Notes: generated by a model from the letters alone, not told the origin. 64,000 nt of DNA from an uncultured virus (IMG/VR IMGVR_UViG_3300003322_000362) (IMGVR_UViG_3300003322_000362); one strand, 5' to 3'. Shown: positions 6,499-17,076, counted from the stretch's first letter. Numbers and translations: made by a program.

Positions 6499-7008
6499 AT
6501 GGGACACGGAACTTATCGTAAGAAAACAAAAGAAGCTGTTATGGCACCATTAGTAGGAACTGAAGAAGAAATTCTTGTTGATAGCTTATATGCTAAACAT
6601 CAAAATAAACAGAAACAGGAAGCTGAATTAGATAAAGAAAAAGGATTTGATGTTTATGATCCTAATAGTGTAGCTAGATTTGATATTGGCTATACTCCTA
6701 CTGGAAACACAGTTATTGTAAAAGAGATTTATGAAGAAAAGAGTGTAGGAGGAGTATTATTACCTGATACAATGACAGATTTAAAGGTAGCTGTAGTAGT
6801 AGTTCCTGGATTATATGTGTCAGCATTAAAACCAGGAGATAAAGTAATGTTCAAAAAAGATCCTAATGGAAAAAATCCTGATTTTGTTCCTCGTATATTT
6901 AAAGACATTAGATTTTCAGAAGTAGATTGGTATGCTATTGCAGGTGTATTTCAATCAAGAGAAATAATGTTACAGAGAATAAATGGTACAAATATTCAAT
7001 CTGTATGA
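6499..7008 (+). CDS. groES: GroES-like co-chaperonin with N-terminal extension
   Basis: PTGNTVIVKEIYEEKSVGGVLLPD...VVVVPG...LKPGDKVMF follows the cpn10 pattern, including the mobile loop. Confidence 0.75.
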   Translation: MGHGTYRKKTKEAVMAPLVGTEEEILVDSLYAKHQNKQKQEAELDKEKGFDVYDPNSVARFDIGYTPTGNTVIVKEIYEEKSVGGVLLPDTMTDLKVAVVVVPGLYVSALKPGDKVMFKKDPNGKNPDFVPRIFKDIRFSEVDWYAIAGVFQSREIMLQRINGTNIQSV

Positions 7009-7286
7009 ATTTCAATGATCTAACTCCTATAAATAATAAAGTAAAAGGAGGATTAACTAATACTGGTAAGATAGAAATTAAAAGTGGAGGCTTAACTTCT
7101 GCAAGAGATATTTTTAATATTAATATAGTTAAGTCTGATGAACCAGGTAAGAAAGAATCTCTTACAGATTATATTCAGATAGGTCAAGAGTGTGACAACT
7201 GTGGAGAAATGTCTACACATGCTTATCATCCTAAGAAGAAAACTATTACTTGTCTTAAATGTAGAGTAGTTAGATACATTAAATAA
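7005..7286 (+). CDS. Zn-ribbon protein
   Basis: CDNC...CLKC; likely start ATG 7005 (ATGA overlap). Confidence 0.7.
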   Translation: MNFNDLTPINNKVKGGLTNTGKIEIKSGGLTSARDIFNINIVKSDEPGKKESLTDYIQIGQECDNCGEMSTHAYHPKKKTITCLKCRVVRYIK

Positions 7287-7294
7287 CTTACGGT

Positions 7295-7323
7295 TTGCAA
7301 AATAATTCTATTATATGTATATT
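7295..7323 (+). promoter_or_regulatory. Putative promoter TTGCAA-N17-TATATT
   Basis: Same architecture as the sites at 7932 and 30564, all intergenic. Confidence 0.45.
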
Positions 7324-7381
7324 GGTNNNNNNNNNNNNNNNNNNNNNNNNNNNNNNNNNNNNNNNNNNNNNNNNNNNNNNN

Positions 7382-7570
7382 GAACCTGAGGAAGGTGGTC
7401 TTAGTGCATGGATTATTTCTGGTGCTCCTGGTGATAGTGTTATTGCAGTAAATGCTGATGCTGATCTTGGTGAAGGAGTACGTACTATCTCAGATCGTAT
7501 TGATCTTAAAGTAACTGGTCCTGAAGCTTCTAGTCTTGGTCTTACTGTAGAACCTGCTGTTCCTAAATAA
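7382..7570 (+). CDS. Ig-like small structural/decoration protein, 5' end in the N gap
   Basis: Beta-strand pattern, ADADLGEGVRTI motif; C-terminus similar to the next gene. Confidence 0.5.
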   Translation, partial: EPEEGGLSAWIISGAPGDSVIAVNADADLGEGVRTISDRIDLKVTGPEASSLGLTVEPAVPK

Positions 7571-7899
7571 TGGCTAAGTTAGATGTAAGTTTCGGAAATG
7601 CCAAGATTTACGATGTAACTAAGTTTGATGTAAAGGTAGGTGAGAAATTTACTCTAACTTTATATGAAACAGAAAGTAGTCCAAATCTTAAATGGCTATG
7701 GAGTAATGATCCAGTACTTGAATCGGAACAGAAGAATAATACATCTGATGTTATAGCTAAAAAGGTAGGTATATCAGAATTATATCTTCTGGGAGAAGAT
7801 ATGAAAGTAGCTAAGATTTTATCTATTAATGTTGTAGAAGACATTATAGAACCAGCTACTAATTTAGGACTTGCAGCAGAAAGTCCTGTTATGAAATAG
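7570..7899 (+). CDS. Ig-like (Big_2-type) domain protein
   Basis: VKVGEKFTLTL...WLWSNDPVL...VIAKKVGISELYL...ILSINV. Confidence 0.6.
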   Translation: MAKLDVSFGNAKIYDVTKFDVKVGEKFTLTLYETESSPNLKWLWSNDPVLESEQKNNTSDVIAKKVGISELYLLGEDMKVAKILSINVVEDIIEPATNLGLAAESPVMK

Positions 7900-7920
7900 T
7901 TTTCTTTCCATGTATTGTTT

Positions 7921-7951
7921 AAAGCCGGTACTTGACAGTATCGGCTTTTTT
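7921..7951 (+). terminator. Rho-independent terminator overlapping a TTGACA-N18-TATATT promoter-like site
   Basis: AAAGCCGGTACT-tgac-AGTATCGGCTTT followed by a T tract. Confidence 0.8.
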
Positions 7952-7989
7952 ATTATATATTGTAAAAAATGACTTTTTAAACTATTTGT

Positions 7990-8244
7990 ATGCGATTAGA
8001 TAATGTAAAAACAGATATAATAATAGAGATAGCAAACAGAAGAAAGATTCCTGCTAGTCAAATATCTGAAATGCTCAAGGCTTACTACAAATCAGCATCG
8101 GATTTAATGGAGAATAACACTACTAAAGCAACTATTAAGTTAGATTTTCTAGGAAAACTTATTTATAGTGATGCATTAGAGAATAAGAATGCTATTATAG
8201 CTCAAAAGATTAAAGAAAAAGAAGATGCAGCTAATGGACTTTGA
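7990..8244 (+). CDS. HU/IHF-like DNA-binding protein
   Basis: IIIEIANRRKIPASQISEML...IKLDFLGKL; usual position upstream of terminase in crAss-like phages. Confidence 0.65.
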   Translation: MRLDNVKTDIIIEIANRRKIPASQISEMLKAYYKSASDLMENNTTKATIKLDFLGKLIYSDALENKNAIIAQKIKEKEDAANGL

Positions 8245-8812
8245 TAAAGAAACTAGAATGCCTATTCCTAGAGCAGAAATTTTAGCTATAGATGTGTTTC
8301 ACGATATATGGAAACGTAAAAATAAGATAGATGGTGATAGAGATGGTACCAAAAAGACATTAAATACTAAAGAATTTGGATATATTTATTTTCATACTGT
8401 TTATGATAGTAGATTTAGATTATTAGATTCAGAGGAAAAAGATATTAAGATAAGAAATTTATTAGGATTAGATAAAGATTTAGATGGAAGTGGCAAATTA
8501 TGGCAACCTGATCTTAAAATTAAAGAAGCTATTAAGATTTATAATGAAATGCAGCAAACAGAGTCTTTAGATCATGTTGACATGCTTGAAAGTACTATGA
8601 AAGCTATTACAATGTGGTTAAAAGCTAAAAGACCTCAAATAGCTAGTGGTACAATGGCTCCTAAAGATCTTGGGGAGATACAGGATATTATAGATCGTGC
8701 TCCGACTACTCTTTCTAATTTAAGAAAAGCTAAAGATGTATTATCAAGAGATGAAGATGCTTTAGCAAGTGGTAGAAAAGGAAGAAGAATTAACAAATTT
8801 GAACAACCATAA
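8225..8812 (+). CDS. Putative terminase small subunit
   Basis: Helical 195-aa protein directly upstream of TerL; positional inference. Confidence 0.45.
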   Translation: MQLMDFDKETRMPIPRAEILAIDVFHDIWKRKNKIDGDRDGTKKTLNTKEFGYIYFHTVYDSRFRLLDSEEKDIKIRNLLGLDKDLDGSGKLWQPDLKIKEAIKIYNEMQQTESLDHVDMLESTMKAITMWLKAKRPQIASGTMAPKDLGEIQDIIDRAPTTLSNLRKAKDVLSRDEDALASGRKGRRINKFEQP

Positions 8813-8815
8813 TAA

Positions 8816-10861
8816 ATGTTGTTAAATATTAATACAGAATTATTCTGTACTACAGCTAATTATTATAGAATACATCATAGGTATCCTGACGGAGTTTATG
8901 ATAGTTATGAATATCATGACTTTTGGGATACTGAAATGAATAGATGTCTTAATGGATATACTGTAGGAGGCGTTAGAATTACAGGCGATCACTATTGGTA
9001 TCTTAATCACTGGCCAATATGGCTTACAAAAACTAATACTGAGAAATTATATGGTGAAGTATTAAAGAATAGACGTCATGGTACTAGAGATTTCGATTTT
9101 CCTGCTTTTTGGGATGTAGATGTTCTATTTTTTAGAGAATTGGAGTTAGCAAGATTAGCAGGTGAACATTTTATATGGTTAAAACCACGGGGTGTTGGTG
9201 CATCTTATAAAGGTAGCTCTTTAGCTGGTAAAAACTATCATTGTATACCTGGAAGTAAGAGTTATATGCTAGCTTATTCATCTGAATATCTAACAGGAGA
9301 TGGTTTATTTACTAAATTCTTACAAGGAAGGAATTTTCATATTAAATTACATCCTGATTTCTCTCCAGATGATAGAGTTTTTCTAAGTGCTTTTGGAAAA
9401 CCATCTGATTTTAAGAAAGATATTAATGGAATGCATTTTAAAGCTTCCAGTGATATAGATGGACAGGAATTAGGTTATATGAGTGAAGTAATGGGAGTTA
9501 CTTTACGAGATGATATACAGAAAGCTCGTGGTAAGCGTGGTATTCTTGCAATATTAGAAGAAATGGGTACTAATCCATATGCTGAAACAGTTTTTAATAT
9601 ATTAAGATCCTCTGTAGAAGAAGGAGATATTACTTATGGAATGATATTAGGTTTTGGTACAGGTGGTACTGAAACAGCAGTATTTGGAGCTATGGAAAAG
9701 ATGTTTTATACTCCAGAAGCCTATAATGTAAGATGTTTTGATAATATATATGATGAAGGAATGAGAGGTACTAAGTGTGCTTATTTTACTCCTGCTTATC
9801 GTAATATAGCATTCAAAGATAGTATGGGTAACTCTCTTGAAATAGAAGCTAAAAAATATAGAGATTCACAAAGAGATATGGCTTTGAAATCTAGTGATTC
9901 AAATGCTATTGTACAAGAAAAAGCGGAACATCCTTATACTCCTCAAGAAGCTATTTTAAGAACTAGTCATAGTGTTTTACCTTCTAATGAAGCTAGAGAA
10001 TGGTATCATAGGGTAATAAATAGTGGATTAGATAAGATGGGGGTAGCTGGTAAACTTGTACATAATGGTAAGAAACTAGAATTTAAAGTAGATGGTAATT
10101 TAGTTCCTATTTTAGAGTTTCCTCATAATATAAAGAAAGATTTAACAGGTTGTATAGTACAATATTATGCTCCTTATGAAATAGGAGGTAAAATTCCTGA
10201 TAATTTATATATTATCGCTCACGATCCATATGCATTTGATCAGAGTACAGATAGTGAATCTCTTGGTGCTACTTATGTATATATGCAGCCGAGTAATTTT
10301 CCTGGAGCAGGTATTGGTGATAAAATAGTAGCAACTTATTTTGGTAGACCAAAAACTACAGATGATTATAATAAAATATTATTTGAGTTAGCAGAATATT
10401 ATAATGCAAAAATAGGTTTTGAAAATGATAGAGGTGACGTTATTGGTTATGCAAAAAGACATAAAAAACTAGATTGGTTAGCAGAAGAATTTGAACTTGC
10501 CTTTGATGCAGATATTAGTAAGAGTAAAACTAAGAGAAATTTTGGTATGCATATAGGTTCTGGTAAAGAGAACTTGAGAATGCATAAAGGTAACAAATAT
10601 CTTGCTGATTGGCTCATTACAGGTAGAGGTAAGAGTGATGATGGTAGTTCAAGAATGAATCTTCATACTATTTTCTGTCCTGCAACTCTCAAGGAAATAA
10701 GTATGTATAGATCAGATGGTGGTAACTTTGATAGAATTTCCGCTCTACGTATATTAGCCTACTACCAAAAAGAGATTGTATATAAAGAACAACATCCTCA
10801 AATACAAGAACATAATAATAGTAGTTTCTTCAATAGAGTACACTTCCAAAATGTAGCATAA
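8816..10861 (+). CDS. terL: Terminase large subunit
   Basis: Walker A-like LKPRGVGASY, Walker B ILEEMG, GTGG coupling motif, nuclease HDPY...FEND...NFDRISAL. Confidence 0.93.
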   Translation: MLLNINTELFCTTANYYRIHHRYPDGVYDSYEYHDFWDTEMNRCLNGYTVGGVRITGDHYWYLNHWPIWLTKTNTEKLYGEVLKNRRHGTRDFDFPAFWDVDVLFFRELELARLAGEHFIWLKPRGVGASYKGSSLAGKNYHCIPGSKSYMLAYSSEYLTGDGLFTKFLQGRNFHIKLHPDFSPDDRVFLSAFGKPSDFKKDINGMHFKASSDIDGQELGYMSEVMGVTLRDDIQKARGKRGILAILEEMGTNPYAETVFNILRSSVEEGDITYGMILGFGTGGTETAVFGAMEKMFYTPEAYNVRCFDNIYDEGMRGTKCAYFTPAYRNIAFKDSMGNSLEIEAKKYRDSQRDMALKSSDSNAIVQEKAEHPYTPQEAILRTSHSVLPSNEAREWYHRVINSGLDKMGVAGKLVHNGKKLEFKVDGNLVPILEFPHNIKKDLTGCIVQYYAPYEIGGKIPDNLYIIAHDPYAFDQSTDSESLGATYVYMQPSNFPGAGIGDKIVATYFGRPKTTDDYNKILFELAEYYNAKIGFENDRGDVIGYAKRHKKLDWLAEEFELAFDADISKSKTKRNFGMHIGSGKENLRMHKGNKYLADWLITGRGKSDDGSSRMNLHTIFCPATLKEISMYRSDGGNFDRISALRILAYYQKEIVYKEQHPQIQEHNNSSFFNRVHFQNVA

Positions 10862-13185
10862 TGACAGCAACATATTCAAAACCTAAGCAAAGAATATCTT
10901 CTTCACAAAAAAATGATGAATGGTATAAAATTTGTGCTGATTACTATAGAGATAGTTGTGTTCAAGCTATTGATCCAGCAGAAGCAGCTAAGTTATATAA
11001 TCTAGCTAATGGTATTCTTGATGAAACTCAATATTTATATGTAACTAATCCATTAGGAACTAAGCGACCTGATTTAATGGGTTATCCAGCTAGGTTAATG
11101 AATTATGATATAATTTCTCCTAATATAAATCTTCTAATGGGAGAAAAGACTAGAAGAAATTTCCCACCTATTGTATATGCTACTAATTCTAATATTCATT
11201 CTATTAGATTAGATGAAGAAAGAAAGAAATTAACACAATTATTACAACAAGAATTTGTTAATTATACTCTTGCCATGGGAATTCCTATGGAGCAAGAGGA
11301 AATACAAACAAATCTTCAAAGAATACAACAAGAAGTAAAGAATATACCAGATCAAATAGCTATTGATGGACAAAATACATTAGAATATATAATGAATTAT
11401 ACTGACCTTCCTAGACATTTTAGGAAAGGTTTTTATGATTGGTTAGTAACAGCTATGGTATTCTCTTATAAGGATGTATATAAAGGTAAAACTTATTATG
11501 AAACTATAGCAGCAGATAAATTCTATTATTTATGTTCTCCTGCTTTTGATTTTGTACAAGATGGAGAAGCTTGTAGAGCTGTACATAGATTTAGTACAGG
11601 AGCTATATATGATAGATTTGAGGATGATAAAGATTTTAAATCTTCTGGATTAGCAGATTTTTTAGAGAGAAGTGTAGATAATGGAAGTGTAGATAGCAAA
11701 AATGGATACTATTATAGTAAAACAGATACTGATATTAGAACTGCTACAGGTGAATTATATCAAAATATATTTGGTAAAAATCCTGATGATTATTCAACTT
11801 TAGATTATGAAGTTGAACATATACAATGGAGAGGATCAATTAAAGTAGGTAAATTATTAGTTGAAGATATATTTGGTGAAGTTACTGAAATAGAAGTATC
11901 TGAAGATTTTAAAGCATTAGATAGTGATAATATTGAATGGACTTGGAAAGATCAATTATATGAAATATATGTAATAGCAGATACTTATTATTTAGGTGGA
12001 AGACCAGTACCTATTCAAAGTGGAGAAAAATGTAAGTTATTATATAATGGAAGAAATTACTTTAGTAGATTTACTAAAGCTAAATCTTTAGTTAAGAAAG
12101 GAGAAGCTTATCAAAAAAGTGTTAATATTGTTAAATATAGAGGAGAACAGACATTAGCTAAGAATCTTGATAAGATTATATTGTTTCCATTAGGACTTAT
12201 CCCGAAAAAGGAGGGATGGGATGAAGATAAACTTATGTATTATGTAAGAGCTTTTAGTTTCTTATTCTTTGATGATACAAGACCTAATGCAGCTCAAATG
12301 ATTAATGCATTGAAAGATCTTGATATGAGTATGTTACAGCATATAGTTCAGACATATCAGATAGTACAACAGATTAAACAAGAATGGAATGAAACATGTG
12401 GTATAAATAATCAACGTAAAGGTGAAACCGGTGTCTCTGCTGGAAAAGGGGTCACAGAATTAGCTGTAGCGAGTAGTACAGTAATGAGTGAAGAACTCTT
12501 CATTGAATTTGAAGAGTTCGAACAAAAAGAGTATACTGGAATGTTAGAGCTTGGAAAATATGCTCATAATGAAGGTATACAAGCTCACTTTATTAAGAGT
12601 GATGGAAGTAGAGCATTTCTCAATATTCATGATCCAGATAGTTTCTTATATAGTGATTTTGGTATCTTTGTTAGAAATGGTGCTAAAGAATTACAAAAGT
12701 TAGAAACTCTTAGAGCACAAGTACAAGCTTTTGCACAAAATGGAGCTAGTCCTAAAGGTATTAGTCAAATAATTGAAGCAGAAAATTTTGCTGCTCTTCA
12801 TGGTATTATGGATGATATTGATGCTAAAATGGATGCTATAAGACAACAAGAATTACAATCTCAACAAGAAATTCAAGCTTCACAAGAAAGAATATCACAA
12901 ACTGAATTGAATTATAAATACTATGATAGTGATTTAGATTCTGCTACAGCTATACAAGTAGCCTTAATTAAACAGGGAATAGGAATAGCAGATAATATGA
13001 GAAGAGCTGAAGAAGCTGGTGATACTACTTCAGATGTATATCTTGCACAGAGAGATAAACTTGATAATAATTTTATAGAGATTATGAAGAATGCAACTAA
13101 AATAAAAGAACTAAATGATAAAGTTAAGATGAATAAATTAGATAATCAAACTGCACTAAAGAATAAAGTCGCTGGAGAGAAATAA
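10861..13185 (+). CDS. Portal protein
   Basis: 774 aa after TerL; NYDIISPNINLLMGE and GINNQRKG motifs typical of crAss-like portals; coiled-coil C-terminus. Confidence 0.88.
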   Translation: MTATYSKPKQRISSSQKNDEWYKICADYYRDSCVQAIDPAEAAKLYNLANGILDETQYLYVTNPLGTKRPDLMGYPARLMNYDIISPNINLLMGEKTRRNFPPIVYATNSNIHSIRLDEERKKLTQLLQQEFVNYTLAMGIPMEQEEIQTNLQRIQQEVKNIPDQIAIDGQNTLEYIMNYTDLPRHFRKGFYDWLVTAMVFSYKDVYKGKTYYETIAADKFYYLCSPAFDFVQDGEACRAVHRFSTGAIYDRFEDDKDFKSSGLADFLERSVDNGSVDSKNGYYYSKTDTDIRTATGELYQNIFGKNPDDYSTLDYEVEHIQWRGSIKVGKLLVEDIFGEVTEIEVSEDFKALDSDNIEWTWKDQLYEIYVIADTYYLGGRPVPIQSGEKCKLLYNGRNYFSRFTKAKSLVKKGEAYQKSVNIVKYRGEQTLAKNLDKIILFPLGLIPKKEGWDEDKLMYYVRAFSFLFFDDTRPNAAQMINALKDLDMSMLQHIVQTYQIVQQIKQEWNETCGINNQRKGETGVSAGKGVTELAVASSTVMSEELFIEFEEFEQKEYTGMLELGKYAHNEGIQAHFIKSDGSRAFLNIHDPDSFLYSDFGIFVRNGAKELQKLETLRAQVQAFAQNGASPKGISQIIEAENFAALHGIMDDIDAKMDAIRQQELQSQQEIQASQERISQTELNYKYYDSDLDSATAIQVALIKQGIGIADNMRRAEEAGDTTSDVYLAQRDKLDNNFIEIMKNATKIKELNDKVKMNKLDNQTALKNKVAGEK

Positions 13186-13264
13186 TATCTATTCATATAG
13201 ATTTTTGAAAGTTGAAAAACACTAAAATTAGGATTCATTATATTTAACCATTAAATTAATAGCT

Positions 13265-14545
13265 ATGATAGAAGGAACACAAGACAAAGTATTACAGCCA
13301 CAAGAATCTTTTGGTACTGGTACTTTAGATGCTTTTAATAAAGCAATGGAAACTCAAGGTAAAACTCTTCCACTTAAACAAGGTGATGAGTTAACTCCTG
13401 AACAAAAATTAGCTGCCGCTGAAAAGTTAATAAAAGATAAAGAAGATGCCAAGAAAGGTCAAAATCAAGGTAGCAATACAGATGATGTAAATAAAAGTGG
13501 AGATGAATTAACTGATGAACAAATTCAAGCTAAATTAGATGAATTAGCTAAGAAAGATGAAAAAGATTTAACAGTTGAAGAAAAAGCCTTTATTTTAGAG
13601 AAAACAGGTGAAGGAGGAGAAGTAGATGAAATTACTAGAGTAAAATCTGTATTTGAAACTAAATATGGTATCGAATTAAAGAATCAGTATGAAAATAGTG
13701 AAGTAGGTCTTACTCAAATGGTAGATGAAGTTGCTCCTGTTATTGCAGAACAACTACTTGCTAATTATTTTGCTACTGTTCCAGGTATGAAAGCTTTCTA
13801 TGATCATGTTGTAGTAGAACAAAGATCGATAGAAACATTCATGGCAAGAAATGAAAAACCTGCTTTCTTAAATATACCTGTAAAAGAGATTACTTCTGAT
13901 ATGGGAGAAGAAAATAAAGTTAAAGCAGAAAATAATCTTAAAGCTTTAATTAAATTAGATCTTCAAAATAAAGGTGTAGGTGAAGATGATATTGAAGATT
14001 TTATTGCGTTAGCAGAATCTGGTAATAAATTATATGAGAAAGGTAAAGCTGCTAAAGATAGTCTTACTAAATCTCATACAGCAGCAGTAGAAGCTAAATT
14101 GAAAGCAGAGGAGCAACAAAAAGCTGCTGATGCTAAGCAAATAGAAGAAGAAACTACTGCACTGATAGCTATGATTGATAAAAATGATTTTAATGGTATT
14201 TCTATTCCTGCTACAGATTTAAAAGCTTTCAAAGAAGCTATGACTCGTAAAGATGGAAGAGGTAATACTCTTCTTGATTATAAGAGAGCTAAACTTACAT
14301 TAGCGCAATTTGCTCTTTTAGATTATTTAGTATTTAAAGATGTTAAAATTCCTGGTCTTTCTAAAGCTGTAACTACTACTAATCGTAAATTCTCTTTCAA
14401 GAAAGCAGCAGAAGAAAATGATGCTCGTAATGGAGGTAGAACAAGAGGAGCAGGAGCTGAAGGTAAAGGACAAGAAATGATTTTTGATCCTAGAAATGTT
14501 AATTTTGATAATATGGTTTCACAAAGAAGAAGTTTTGTTCAATAA
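13265..14545 (+). CDS. Putative capsid scaffold/assembly protein
   Basis: Acidic, helical protein between portal and MCP, as in the crAss gene order. Confidence 0.6.
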   Translation: MIEGTQDKVLQPQESFGTGTLDAFNKAMETQGKTLPLKQGDELTPEQKLAAAEKLIKDKEDAKKGQNQGSNTDDVNKSGDELTDEQIQAKLDELAKKDEKDLTVEEKAFILEKTGEGGEVDEITRVKSVFETKYGIELKNQYENSEVGLTQMVDEVAPVIAEQLLANYFATVPGMKAFYDHVVVEQRSIETFMARNEKPAFLNIPVKEITSDMGEENKVKAENNLKALIKLDLQNKGVGEDDIEDFIALAESGNKLYEKGKAAKDSLTKSHTAAVEAKLKAEEQQKAADAKQIEEETTALIAMIDKNDFNGISIPATDLKAFKEAMTRKDGRGNTLLDYKRAKLTLAQFALLDYLVFKDVKIPGLSKAVTTTNRKFSFKKAAEENDARNGGRTRGAGAEGKGQEMIFDPRNVNFDNMVSQRRSFVQ

Positions 14546-14570
14546 ATTATAAATAAATTAAAGTAAAATT

Positions 14571-16037
14571 ATGGCGGCAACGAATATTCCTCAACTTGAG
14601 TTATATCCTGCAAGTTTTAATGACAAGGAGTTTAGTTCAACTAATCACCTCTCTAAAGCCTTGCTGACTCAAAGTGAATGGCTTGCACCTTTTGTAACAC
14701 ATGCTTATGGTAGTTCTGCTGATTTTGGATCTAGGAACTTTCCCTTATCATTTGTAACAGAAGGTATGGGTAGAGTACAGAAAATCAGTTCTACTGACTT
14801 GGCTTACAAGTTAGCTATTATTGGTAAACCTAAAAAAACCTCTACTGTATCTATTAGTACCTACACTGCTGGTGATAAACCTGGTAGAGGTCATACTAAG
14901 TTTAAAATTGTATTTGCAGATCGTTGGTTCCACAAATCACTGTCTATTTATTCTCCTAGTAGAATTGAGTGCCGTATAGCACTTGATCCTAAACCTCATG
15001 CTAGTGGTGGTTGGGAATATGAAGCAGTATTGATGGACCCGAACCCTGAAAGTTATATCCCTCTTACTGATCTTGCAGCAGGAGCTGTCTGGGGACGTAC
15101 TCTTGCAAAAGTTGGTAAAGAACGTTCTAAAGGAGTTGAATCTCGTAGCTATGCTCCTTTTGCAACACAGAATCAGATTACAGTAACTCGTGATACTTAT
15201 AAATTTGCTGGTAATATTACTAACAAAGTAATGGTACTTGAAATTAAAGCAAATGGTAAAACGATGAAGTTTTGGACTCAATGGGAGATGTTCCTACGTC
15301 AACTTGAGTTCAAAGAAAAATGTGAATCGGATTTGTGGTATTCTACTTACAACAAAGATGAAAATGGTACTATTCACGTTACAGATGAAGATTCTGGTGA
15401 AGTAGTTCCTTCTGGAGCAGGTATGCTACAACAAATTCCTAATCAGGATAGCTACACCTTCATGACTACTACCAAACTTACTAATCTTATTACTGATATT
15501 TTCTTTAATGCATCTGATGCAGATAAAGTAAATGTGGAGATTTATAGTGGTTCTGGTGGTCTTCGTGAAGCTAATGATGCAATGACTAAAGATGCAAAAG
15601 GCTTTACTCTTGTTGATAGCAACTTTATTAAGAAAGGTAGCGATGGTTATCTTATGTATGGTGCATATTTCAACACGTATCAGCACGTAGATGGTCATAC
15701 CATTACATTTAAGAAGCTTCCTTTGATGGATAAAGGTGTAATGGCTGATATTTCTAAACCTCATCCTATTACTGGTCTCCCTCTTGAATCTTATAATATG
15801 TATTGTGTTGATAACTCTACATATGATGGACAAAAGAATCTCCAATATGTTTCGGAATTAGGTCGTGAAGAAGTTAACAAAGTAGTAGCAGGTATGTCAG
15901 CACTTCCTGAAGGTTATAATGAAACTCTATATGTTAGCTCAGATATGGATGCTAGCTCTATAGAGTGGATCAAAACTCAAGGTATTGCAGTAATGAAACC
16001 TACAAATTGCTTTAAATTATTCAATACGATTAGCTAA
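14571..16037 (+). CDS. Major capsid protein
   Basis: 488 aa, SGAGMLQQI and GAYFNTYQHVDGHTITF motifs of crAss-like MCPs, codon usage suggesting high expression. Confidence 0.9.
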   Translation: MAATNIPQLELYPASFNDKEFSSTNHLSKALLTQSEWLAPFVTHAYGSSADFGSRNFPLSFVTEGMGRVQKISSTDLAYKLAIIGKPKKTSTVSISTYTAGDKPGRGHTKFKIVFADRWFHKSLSIYSPSRIECRIALDPKPHASGGWEYEAVLMDPNPESYIPLTDLAAGAVWGRTLAKVGKERSKGVESRSYAPFATQNQITVTRDTYKFAGNITNKVMVLEIKANGKTMKFWTQWEMFLRQLEFKEKCESDLWYSTYNKDENGTIHVTDEDSGEVVPSGAGMLQQIPNQDSYTFMTTTKLTNLITDIFFNASDADKVNVEIYSGSGGLREANDAMTKDAKGFTLVDSNFIKKGSDGYLMYGAYFNTYQHVDGHTITFKKLPLMDKGVMADISKPHPITGLPLESYNMYCVDNSTYDGQKNLQYVSELGREEVNKVVAGMSALPEGYNETLYVSSDMDASSIEWIKTQGIAVMKPTNCFKLFNTIS

Positions 16038-16067
16038 TATTTTTATTTAACCAACTAAAATTCAATT

Positions 16068-17075
16068 ATGCCACTTACAGAAATAGCAGAGAAATCTGTA
16101 ACAGGAGCAGTAGCTACTTCAGCTACTGCTTCAGTTACTAGAAAAGAACGTAATCCTAGTGTAGGAATACATATGGGAAAAGAAGTTAGAATTGGTAGTA
16201 GAAAAGTACAAATTGTACATGTTAAAAAGTTTAATATTCTTCCTACTGATCCTAAAGCACAATCTATCAGAGATGAAGTAATTAAAAAAGTAGGTTCAGA
16301 ATGGCTTGCGAATAGTAGAGATATTATGCGTGGTCTTACTGAAGAAGAAGAGATTAAATATCTTCCTATTCTTCTTGGAGCTAAACCAGGTCATGATGAA
16401 TGGGAAGAAAAGACTAAACTTTTTTGGGCAGACTTTAGTGTAGCTGTTCCTGGAACAAAAGAAGGTCTTACATTTGAAGCAGGATTTAAATTTAAGAATA
16501 ATATTAGTGATGAAGCAGAACCTATTAGTATTATAGGTTATATACAATATAATTGGTGCTTAAAATCTAGTTTTGTTTGTAAAGAAGATGATGCTAATCC
16601 TGCAAAATATGACTTTAAATTAATTGATCTTGCAAAAGATCTACTTCTTAAAGAGAATGAATTTGCTCTTAGAAAAGTTGTAGATACTAAATATCTTCAA
16701 TTAATTTCTTCAAAAGATGTTACAGAAAGACTTAAAATTGACTGGATCATTGAAGCAAAAGGTGGACCTAATGGTTATGGTCTAAATACCTTTAATATGA
16801 ATGATGTTCAAAAAGAAATGGAACTCAATAATATTAAAGAGAAAAATCTTGCAGAATTTGATAGACTTATTTCTGATCCTGATCTTGAAACTAAAGCTAT
16901 GATTCATAAAGCAGTAACTTCAAGAAATATTATTCTTGATGGGGATAGTACTTATATCTTGGATGATAAAATTATAGGTACATCGCTTAAAGGTGCAGTA
17001 GCTTGGCTTAATGATCCAAATAATAGTAATAAACGTCTTATTCTTGCTGAAAGACTTAAAGAGTTAAATAGATAA
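16068..17075 (+). CDS. Conserved crAss-like protein following the MCP
   Basis: Position, plus C-terminal IGTSLKGAVAWLNDPNN motif. Confidence 0.65.
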   Translation: MPLTEIAEKSVTGAVATSATASVTRKERNPSVGIHMGKEVRIGSRKVQIVHVKKFNILPTDPKAQSIRDEVIKKVGSEWLANSRDIMRGLTEEEEIKYLPILLGAKPGHDEWEEKTKLFWADFSVAVPGTKEGLTFEAGFKFKNNISDEAEPISIIGYIQYNWCLKSSFVCKEDDANPAKYDFKLIDLAKDLLLKENEFALRKVVDTKYLQLISSKDVTERLKIDWIIEAKGGPNGYGLNTFNMNDVQKEMELNNIKEKNLAEFDRLISDPDLETKAMIHKAVTSRNIILDGDSTYILDDKIIGTSLKGAVAWLNDPNNSNKRLILAERLKELNR

Positions 17076-17076
17076 T

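Noticed and set aside
7295..7326. ORF-track start MQNNSIICIL at 7295
   Set aside because: Overlaps a promoter-like motif and is joined to the downstream frame only through Ns; the true start is probably in the gap
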